Shown in pieces: positions 18,087-25,683 of a stretch of 64,000 bases of DNA. Both the position numbers and the translations under genes were made by a program. The stretch covers positions 2,902,475 through 2,966,474 of the forward strand of contig OZ255705.1 in the NCBI GenBank assembly GCA_965277015.1. Direction: 5' to 3'. How positions within the stretch are numbered: position 1 is the stretch's first letter; every line of letters starts with the position of its first letter. Below the pieces are notes generated by a model that saw only the letters and a program-made list of their open reading frames with translations, ran no database searches and had not been told where the DNA came from. Source of the stretch: Henriciella sp. (lineage in GTDB: Bacteria; Pseudomonadota; Alphaproteobacteria; Caulobacterales; Hyphomonadaceae).

Positions 18087-18684
18087 CTCTTTGCAATATT
18101 TTTTTGTTGTTCTCGACGTTCAGTTTTTGCCTGATTTCGCGCAAATGGAAAGAAACGGTGGGCGGTGCGATGCGTAACCGATACCCGATTTCTTTGTTCG
18201 TCTCGCCACGGTCAATGAAGTGCAAGATCGCCATTTGCCTAGGTGAAAGGACAACGGATTGTGTTTCATTTATTGATATCAAGGTCTCGACGTAGCGGGA
18301 ATAATACTCAGCTCCATCAGTTGCTGATTCTAGAGCGGATAGGATCGATGCTGATACATCCCTCTTGCTAACTACCGCACGAGCGCCAAGCTTCATCGCT
18401 GTCTTGTAAGCCATCGCATCATCGCTGCCGCTTAAGACGACTACGGTCGCATCATGAACCGCCACCAGTTCCGCAAGGATAGATAAACCACTTAGATCGG
18501 GAAGCTCCAGATCGAGGAGTACGACATCGACCTGAACGCTTTCGACGAAGGGCAGCACCTCAGCGCCCGTTTTGAGAGCGCCCGCGACCTTGAAACGCCC
18601 AGCATTCAGAATGAGTCGCAACCCAGAATGCGTAAGATCGTGATCATCGACGATCAGAACGCTCTGTTGCCGTTGAGACCCCAT
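18064..18684 (-). CDS. NarL/FixJ-family response regulator (REC + LuxR HTH)
   Basis: LIVDDH, VLLDLELPDLSG, LSPRQMAIL..GETNKEIGYRLRIAPPTVSFHL. Confidence 0.93.
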   Translation of the reverse strand: MGSQRQQSVLIVDDHDLTHSGLRLILNAGRFKVAGALKTGAEVLPFVESVQVDVVLLDLELPDLSGLSILAELVAVHDATVVVLSGSDDAMAYKTAMKLGARAVVSKRDVSASILSALESATDGAEYYSRYVETLISINETQSVVLSPRQMAILHFIDRGETNKEIGYRLRIAPPTVSFHLREIRQKLNVENNKKILQRAREIGLI

Positions 18685-18835
18685 ATTATCCTCGACCTAA
18701 TCAAACGTCGGCGCTCATTTTAGGCGTCGCGCTGGGTATTGATAACCCCAAATTACTTTAGCGATGATTGGGCTGCTTAAACACGATAAACTCGGTTCTA
18801 GAACGAAGGAATACCAACTTAGATCGGAGATCATT

Positions 18836-19252
18836 ATGCTGAAGATATTGTCAGGAGCGCTTGTTGCTACGACGCTTTTTGCGGCTTTGGGCCAGCCCCT
18901 AGCAGATGCGCAAACAAGATCTGCAGAACAGGAATACAGGGATGTTACCCGATGCATCGCTATAGAAGCGGCGTTACTGAGAATGATGCATACTACCGAC
19001 CTCGACGAATACGCGATAGACACGCAGAAGCACAAAGTTGGATTGCTGCAAGGAATGTTGTTTGCTCTGGCAGAAAAACTAAATCTGCCTGAATCCACAA
19101 TGGCGGATGATCTATCTGAAGCGAGTATGGTGTTAAGCGCCGACGAGGCTCAAATCATGGAAACCATGAAGTTCTGCGCAACCCCAGAACGGGCCGCCGA
19201 AGTTGTGGCATTTTCATTTTCAAAGCAAAACTACATTCAACAATTTGAGTGA
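18836..19252 (+). CDS. Exported helical hypothetical protein
   Basis: GGAGA RBS then MLKILSGALVATTLFAALGQPLADA-Q; 138 aa with two Cys. Confidence 0.7.
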   Translation: MLKILSGALVATTLFAALGQPLADAQTRSAEQEYRDVTRCIAIEAALLRMMHTTDLDEYAIDTQKHKVGLLQGMLFALAEKLNLPESTMADDLSEASMVLSADEAQIMETMKFCATPERAAEVVAFSFSKQNYIQQFE

Positions 19253-19377
19253 CCCAGATTTGCCTTTTTCGAATGTCGGACTTTTGGCACTTGGATTCGT
19301 TTCGCGTTTCCTGGAGGAATGTGGCTCAGAGCTGCCGTGGGCTGCAATCCTGGAAATCATGATTTGAAGATGTACTC

Positions 19378-20097
19378 ATGAACCGTCACGATTTTCGAAG
19401 CGCGTTTGGCACAAATCGGCAGGTAACTCTGCCGGTTATTCACGTTCTAGACGAACCCCGAACGGCGGCAAATATCGAAATTTTGATGACCGTGGGTGCA
19501 CACGGATGTTTTCTCATCAATCACGATTTCCGCGCGGCTGAACTCGTTCCCATTGTTCGGACCATTCGCATGGAGTTTCCGTCTCTTTGGATCGGCGTCA
19601 ACTTACTGGGTGTCTCTGCTCCCGATGCATTTTATATGCTTGCAGATCTTCAACAAACCGGGTGCAGAGTCGATGGGTATTGGAGCGATAATGCCCAAAT
19701 CGATCACACTGTAATTGAGCAAGAACGAGCGACCGCCATCGACGAGGCGCGCCACCTCTCCGGTTGGAACGGCCTCTATTTCGGTGGGGTTGCATTCAAG
19801 TATCAGCGAACCGTTCCAATTGAGTCGCATCGCTCGGTTGCAAGGGTTGCGAGCCGACACATGGACATCATAACGACATCTGGGCCAGGCACAGGAGAAC
19901 CCGCATCTCCCGATAAGGTCATCGCATTTAGAGACGGCGCAGGCGACCATCCTATCGCGGTAGCGTCTGGCATCACACCAGAAAATGCCCGAGCATATCG
20001 CGAGGCTGATTGTTTTATCGTCGCAACGGGAATCAACAAGCCAGGCAACTTTTACGATATCGACGAGGACAGACTTAAAATGCTGCTTCGCACATGA
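19378..20097 (+). CDS. BtpA/SgcQ-family TIM-barrel protein
   Basis: LPVIHV, WIGVNLL, FGGVAFKYQ, TTSGPGTG, IAVASGITPEN, FIVATGI. Confidence 0.75.
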   Translation: MNRHDFRSAFGTNRQVTLPVIHVLDEPRTAANIEILMTVGAHGCFLINHDFRAAELVPIVRTIRMEFPSLWIGVNLLGVSAPDAFYMLADLQQTGCRVDGYWSDNAQIDHTVIEQERATAIDEARHLSGWNGLYFGGVAFKYQRTVPIESHRSVARVASRHMDIITTSGPGTGEPASPDKVIAFRDGAGDHPIAVASGITPENARAYREADCFIVATGINKPGNFYDIDEDRLKMLLRT

Positions 20098-20308
20098 TCC
20101 GACCTTGATGACTTCTTACAAAAAACGCTCGCTGACAAAATTTGTATGTTGGCTTTAGCTTACTCCGTCGTAATGTGCGGTGAGTTTAGGGAAATAAGGG
20201 GCGGAAACAACACTGACCGTTGTTTTAAGATCGGCGTTACTTCCTTTGAAAGCATAAGATGAATTCGGAGTTTGGACAACGAGTCCAACTCCAAACCGGA
20301 GATTGGGA

Positions 20309-21859
20309 ATGCAGACGATAGTAAAGATGAGCCTGTTGGTGATTGGCATTATTGCATCGGCGCACTTTGGCTTAGCACAGGAGGAGGACGTACAGGTTGC
20401 GTCGCCCGCGGAACAACACGCTTCAACGTCTTTTATGGTTTCGGTCGCGAATAAGGCGGATAACGCCTCTCGAACCGCCTCTGGTTTTATTGTCAATTCG
20501 CAGGGCTATGTTCTCACGTCCGCCTCGCTCATCGGTCGAGATGATGACGATACCTGGTTTGTTCAAGTTTCTGGAACCGTTGGCGTCATTCCGGCGACGG
20601 TTATATCGCTCAACGAAGATCTCGGGGTTGCGCTTCTCAAGACCAATGACGTTGAATTGCCGAATGTCGCAACATTCGCCTCTTTCGACCTGGAAAAGGG
20701 CGCGCCCGTCCAATCTTTGTCGATGGATGGCGACGGCACCGTCGCTGTCTCACCGGGTTCAATTGGCGATGCAGCCCTTCCAACCCGGAATAATCCACCG
20801 GTACAATATTTCGTTCATAACGCGCTTGTCACAGCAGAGGGTTATGGCGGAGCACTCTTGAATCGATGCGGCGAAGTCGTCGGGATAAACGTCACAAATC
20901 CGAACCTGTCGCGGAGAAGTGCGCGTCGTTTGCCGGCGCTCGATCAAAGTGTTTATTCACTAACGCTCGATCCGACGGCACAATTTTTGTTTGCGAGCGA
21001 CATCGATCTGAGTGTTGCACCTGGCCGATGCCTGAGTGCTGAAGAGGAAACAATTGAAGCCGTCTCAGTGACCAAGTCGACCGAAGAAGAGCTCGGTGAG
21101 GCGCAGCGCAAGCTCGACGAGCTTGAGGTGGCGCGACAGGAAGCCGAAGCCGAGCGGCAGGAACGACAAGACGAGGCTGACCGTCTTCGTGCAGAAGCCG
21201 ATCGATTGAAACAAGATAATGAAGCGTCCGAGGCGGAAATAGACGACGCAGATGCGGCAGCTGCAGAAGCCGAATCGCTCGCGGAACAAGCGTCCTTGAA
21301 GCTGAGCGACTTGCAGACCGAAATCGACACTCTTGATGGTCGCATAAAGGACCTCGAAAACCGACTCAAGGACGCGCAGCGGCGTCTGTATTATGTCCTG
21401 GCCGGCTCAGCAGCATTGCTAATTCTGCTTGGTCTGGGGCTCAGCATTATCATTCGCAACCGCGGATCAAAACTCGTCAACGTGTCGGCTGATTTGGATG
21501 CCGCGCATGAGAAGCTCGCGGAAACGTTTCCCGACGTTGAGTGCCGGGGCAAAGACGGCCAAAACGCGCCTCACGCTTTCCGGGTTTCTGGCGCTGCCCT
21601 GGTTCGTTCTCCGGAGGGATTGGTCATCGGTCGCCAGCCGGCGAGCGCCGATATCGTTCTAAATCATCCCGAGGTTTCTCGTGACCATGCGCGTGTGCAA
21701 ATCAAGGACGGCGAGCTCACGATCGAAGACCTCGGCTCTACCAATGGTACATTCGTCGATGGTGTGAAGCTCGAAAAGGGCAATCCGAGGCGATTGCAAG
21801 ACGGCAGTGAATTGAAGCTCGGTCAAATCACGCTCACTGCTAAATATATCGGAGCATAA
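20309..21859 (+). CDS. Membrane-anchored trypsin-like pseudoprotease with coiled-coil stalk and cytoplasmic FHA domain
   Basis: GGAGA RBS and ATG 20309; signal peptide; Trypsin_2-like fold with TSASLI / DLGVALLK / EGYGGAL in place of the catalytic motifs; about 100-aa coiled coil; TM; FHA (IGR, SRDH, STNGT). Confidence 0.85.
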   Translation: MQTIVKMSLLVIGIIASAHFGLAQEEDVQVASPAEQHASTSFMVSVANKADNASRTASGFIVNSQGYVLTSASLIGRDDDDTWFVQVSGTVGVIPATVISLNEDLGVALLKTNDVELPNVATFASFDLEKGAPVQSLSMDGDGTVAVSPGSIGDAALPTRNNPPVQYFVHNALVTAEGYGGALLNRCGEVVGINVTNPNLSRRSARRLPALDQSVYSLTLDPTAQFLFASDIDLSVAPGRCLSAEEETIEAVSVTKSTEEELGEAQRKLDELEVARQEAEAERQERQDEADRLRAEADRLKQDNEASEAEIDDADAAAAEAESLAEQASLKLSDLQTEIDTLDGRIKDLENRLKDAQRRLYYVLAGSAALLILLGLGLSIIIRNRGSKLVNVSADLDAAHEKLAETFPDVECRGKDGQNAPHAFRVSGAALVRSPEGLVIGRQPASADIVLNHPEVSRDHARVQIKDGELTIEDLGSTNGTFVDGVKLEKGNPRRLQDGSELKLGQITLTAKYIGA

Positions 21860-21863
21860 TGCG

Positions 21864-23336
21864 ATGTTTAAAAAGATCCTCATCTCAATCGCTATTGTCG
21901 CTCTTGCTGCAGGTCCTACAGCGCACGCTGACGCGGTCTCTTCGATCTCCAGCTGGTTCGGCGGGAGCCCAGAAGATCGGATCCCTCCCGATGACATTGA
22001 AAAATTGTCCAAGAGCGTCGTTAAAATCCTGACTTACACAGAGACGAGGGGCGAACTGAAAGGAGGCGGAACAGGCTCAGGAGTCATTCTGGACGATGAA
22101 GGCCACATCCTCACCAATTGGCACGTGGTCACCACGTCGATCGACCCAGTCGTTTCCGGCGTTGGTATCAAGCTCAACTACGAACTCGGTGAGGAGATCT
22201 GGGTCGCGACAGCAGATTCGTTGTCGCAGGTGCGTGCGGAACTGCTTTGGGTGGACGCTGAATTGGACTTGGCGCTGATCAAAGCCGTGCGGCCAATTGG
22301 TGAACCCGCCACCATTTCGACGCAGATGCCGGTTAGTGAGCGGAAAGTGACAGCGATGGGGTTTCCGGGCGCCGCCGAAGATTACAAAATTCGCCGTCAA
22401 ATTATCGAAGGCGGCCCGGACTCGTATGAGGAGTTGCGCGATGCACGTTTGAGCGAAATTGCTCTGACCCCGACGACTGGGATTTACGGCAATCTCCAAA
22501 ATCGACCATGGAACGAATTGGTCGCTAACAGCAAGCGCGTCAAAATTATTCAACACGACGCCGCTGTCAGTCACGGCAATAGTGGCGGACCATTATTCGA
22601 TGGTTGCGGCCGCGTGATTGGGATCAATACCCAGGTCACAATACGAGATTCGAACATTATTGCTGGTGTTTCCCTTGCATCGAGCATTGTAGAGGCGGTG
22701 CCCTATCTGCGTGATCAAGGGGTCAACTTTAATTTGCTAGACAATGTCTGCGAAACTTGGGTGCCGCCACAAGCCTTGGACACCTGGGATCTAATGTTGA
22801 TTTTGGCGACGCTGAGCTCGCTGGTCCTGGCAGCCGTCGCCCTCTCGCGGCGTCCTGTCAGACAAGCGATTTCAACCGGCGTGTCTCAATTAGTGAGTTC
22901 CGGACCAGCCAACTCTCGCCCATCCGAAACAGGCACCAACCAAAATCGCTATAAGCCTCGTCATAGTTCACCGCCAGGACCGCGGGCCAGCCAAGTCGGT
23001 CAAGTGCGAGTGATTTTGTCGGGAATCGCACAATCAAATGGTCACATTATCCGCATCGAGGTGGAGCCAAACGTGGCAAATAAGAGCGCCGATGGATTTG
23101 TCATCGGGCGGCAGCCGGAGCTTTGTCACCACGCGCTGGCTGACCCGATGGTTTCAAAACGGCAAGCTCGGTTTTTCTGGGACGCCTCGAAACTGATGCT
23201 GGAGGATTTAAACTCCACCAACCCAACCGTTGTGAACGGCGAAGAGTTGAAACCCTTTCAGCCACATTCCATCAAAACCGGGGACCGTGTTTTGATAGGT
23301 GATGTTGAACTTAAAGTGACCATGGCTCGAAACTAA
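21864..23336 (+). CDS. Membrane-anchored trypsin-like serine protease with cytoplasmic FHA domain
   Basis: Signal peptide; GTGSG, TNWHVV, LDLALIK, GNSGGPL intact triad; TM LMLILATLSSLVLAAVAL; FHA (IGR, SKRQ, STNPT). Confidence 0.9.
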   Translation: MFKKILISIAIVALAAGPTAHADAVSSISSWFGGSPEDRIPPDDIEKLSKSVVKILTYTETRGELKGGGTGSGVILDDEGHILTNWHVVTTSIDPVVSGVGIKLNYELGEEIWVATADSLSQVRAELLWVDAELDLALIKAVRPIGEPATISTQMPVSERKVTAMGFPGAAEDYKIRRQIIEGGPDSYEELRDARLSEIALTPTTGIYGNLQNRPWNELVANSKRVKIIQHDAAVSHGNSGGPLFDGCGRVIGINTQVTIRDSNIIAGVSLASSIVEAVPYLRDQGVNFNLLDNVCETWVPPQALDTWDLMLILATLSSLVLAAVALSRRPVRQAISTGVSQLVSSGPANSRPSETGTNQNRYKPRHSSPPGPRASQVGQVRVILSGIAQSNGHIIRIEVEPNVANKSADGFVIGRQPELCHHALADPMVSKRQARFFWDASKLMLEDLNSTNPTVVNGEELKPFQPHSIKTGDRVLIGDVELKVTMARN

Positions 23337-23371
23337 GCCCCCGTGAGACAAAACAAGCAGGATTTGCAGAT

Positions 23372-23626
23372 ATGAAACTCAAAAGACTCGGTCGCAGCTC
23401 ATTTAATGAGATCTCAGTTCAAGACCCGACGGTTTCTAGACGACACGCGGAAATCGTATTGCTGCCCGATGGCCGATTGTTCGTCACAGATTGTATGAGC
23501 ACGGGAGGCACCTTTGTTGAAATCAACGGCCGGTGGGAGCCGATTCGACAGGATTATGTGAACGCAGGTCAACAACTCAAATTTGGCGGCGTCGTCATGT
23601 CGACCGACCAACTGACACGCCGTTGA
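23372..23626 (+). CDS. Stand-alone FHA domain protein
   Basis: 84 aa; LGRS, VSRRHA, DCMSTGGTFV. Confidence 0.85.
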   Translation: MKLKRLGRSSFNEISVQDPTVSRRHAEIVLLPDGRLFVTDCMSTGGTFVEINGRWEPIRQDYVNAGQQLKFGGVVMSTDQLTRR

Positions 23627-23654
23627 TCAACGAATATTAGGAAAGGATACGAAA

Positions 23655-24341
23655 ATGCCAGTAGAGCATGATAAAGATGGAAACATCATCGAAACACCTG
23701 TCACAGACGTGCAGATCGGTAAAACCCAACGGACCCTTAGCGGGTCGACAGGGGCCGGAGAACCAGCAACCGAGGCCACGGATGTGTTTGGGCAAAAAAC
23801 CCAGGTTGTTGGCGCACCCCCGCTACAATCCTCCGAAAAGACAGCGCACGCTGACGAACCGTCGAAAACCGGAAGACGCGATTCTGCTCAAACCGGCGGA
23901 GCCTCGAAGCAACCAGCAACTGCATCACGCACTTCGCTCGTGGGAGGCCTTCCCGCAGATGAAGACGGCTCTGCTGGGCTGGCACAAAATGATGATCCAG
24001 TTGTTGGCTGGTTGGTCGTTGAGAACGGACCTGGTAGAGGGTCGGCTGTGCAAATCGGGACGGGCATGAACGCTGTCGGGCGCGGCTCGGGCCAACGCAT
24101 CAGTTTGAACTTTGGCGATAATGCCATTTCATCCGAGAAGCATTTTTTCGTGTCATACGACCCACGATCTAGCGAGTTCGCGGTCCACCGAGGTGACGGT
24201 ACGAACCTGACTTATTTGAATCAGCAGCCAATTTATGGGTCTGAGTCCCTTCAAAACATGGCGCAAATCGAGGTTGGCCAAACGACTTTGCGCTTTGTTG
24301 CGCTGTGCGGTGAAGAGTTTAGCTGGGGAGCGCAAGACTAA
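23655..24341 (+). CDS. FHA domain protein with Thr-rich disordered N-terminus
   Basis: C-terminal PVVGWLVV..GPGRG, VGRG, ISSEKH, GTNLTYLN; first about 110 aa low-complexity and Thr-rich. Confidence 0.88.
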   Translation: MPVEHDKDGNIIETPVTDVQIGKTQRTLSGSTGAGEPATEATDVFGQKTQVVGAPPLQSSEKTAHADEPSKTGRRDSAQTGGASKQPATASRTSLVGGLPADEDGSAGLAQNDDPVVGWLVVENGPGRGSAVQIGTGMNAVGRGSGQRISLNFGDNAISSEKHFFVSYDPRSSEFAVHRGDGTNLTYLNQQPIYGSESLQNMAQIEVGQTTLRFVALCGEEFSWGAQD

Positions 24342-24345
24342 GCGT

Positions 24346-25683
24346 ATGAAAGACTCCGAAACACCCCAATTGTTCCTGAAAGACCGCGTCGCCGGCGACC
24401 AGTGGATTGGTCAACGCGAACGCCAGGAAGATAATTTTCTTGTTATCGACCTGCGCGACGATGGTCATAACGAAGACGATGCTGTTCTTTGCATCTTAGC
24501 TGACGGCATGGGCGGTGCAGTAGGGGGATCGATCGCAAGCAAGATTGCGGTCGATACGTTTGCTGATGCTTATTTAAGCGCACCAAAGTCTCAATCGCCA
24601 GGCGAGCGATTGTCTGCTGCCTTAAGTGAGGTTACGTCCGCACTGCAGCAAAGAATCTCCGTCGAGCCCAGCCTGAAAGGCATGGGGTGTACATTGGTTG
24701 CCGCATTGATTGAACAGGATTCAGTGCGCTGGATCAGCGTTGGCGACAGCCCATTTTGGCTCCATCGCAACAATAGTTTGACGCAGCTGAACAAAGATCA
24801 TTCAATGAAACCGGTGCTTGATGCCCTGGTCGAAAAAGGTGAACTGACCAGAGACGAGGCGGATCGGGACGGTCGGAGAAATGCGCTCCGCTCGGCCATT
24901 GATGGAAATGAACCCCAACTGATTGATCTACAAGATAGTGGATATCAGCTGCAGCCGGGCGACGTCTTGATTTTGGCCAGCGATGGCTTGGAGACGCTTA
25001 AGGTCAAGCAGATAGAGAAAATCCTCGATCAACATCGCTATTCCTCTGTGATCGAGCGCGTTGAGAAGCTGCTTTTGGCAACGTCTAAGCAGAACGACCC
25101 GTACCAAGATAACACAACGGTCATTTTGATGGACGCTGTGATGTCTGAAAAAGGTATGAGAGCGATTGCCAATCCGACGCGCCGAGGTGACGGAATTTCC
25201 GTGCCGGCTTCGACTGTTCGATTGAGGGAAGCAACAAAGGCTCCAAGCGAGTCCCGGAAACCAATGCAATCGCCGTCCGGTAAATCGAGTCTGATTGTGT
25301 TCGTGCTTGCGAGTCTTCTATTCATCGCCTTCTTATTGCTGTTATACATAAGGTTTGGCGTCGGGAATGAAACGCAAGATACTTCGCCCGATCCCCAAAT
25401 ACATCCGAATGATACCCAGTCGCCTGAAAGCGACCTTGATAGCTCGAAACTGGGTCGCTCTCCGTTCGTTGAAGAAGAAGCTGGTGATGAAACAAGCGAC
25501 GCGGAAGCCAGAGACGAAAGCTTCGTTGAAGATCCGACTGAACCGCCTGAAAACCCAGATGCACCAGACCCAAATATAGAGGTCATTCCGGACAATGAAA
25601 GCGGCGGTGAAGGGCAAGGCGCCAGGGCCGACGGCATCGAGGAAGGTACAGAGTTAGACTCTGCAAGGGGCACTGATCAATGA
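24346..25683 (+). CDS. PP2C-family Ser/Thr phosphatase with TM segment and acidic periplasmic tail
   Basis: RERQED, ADGMGG, GCT, VGDS, DHS, SDGL, DNTT motifs; TM LIVFVLASLLFIAFLLLLY; ATG 24346 lies 4 nt after the upstream stop. Confidence 0.93.
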   Translation: MKDSETPQLFLKDRVAGDQWIGQRERQEDNFLVIDLRDDGHNEDDAVLCILADGMGGAVGGSIASKIAVDTFADAYLSAPKSQSPGERLSAALSEVTSALQQRISVEPSLKGMGCTLVAALIEQDSVRWISVGDSPFWLHRNNSLTQLNKDHSMKPVLDALVEKGELTRDEADRDGRRNALRSAIDGNEPQLIDLQDSGYQLQPGDVLILASDGLETLKVKQIEKILDQHRYSSVIERVEKLLLATSKQNDPYQDNTTVILMDAVMSEKGMRAIANPTRRGDGISVPASTVRLREATKAPSESRKPMQSPSGKSSLIVFVLASLLFIAFLLLLYIRFGVGNETQDTSPDPQIHPNDTQSPESDLDSSKLGRSPFVEEEAGDETSDAEARDESFVEDPTEPPENPDAPDPNIEVIPDNESGGEGQGARADGIEEGTELDSARGTDQ

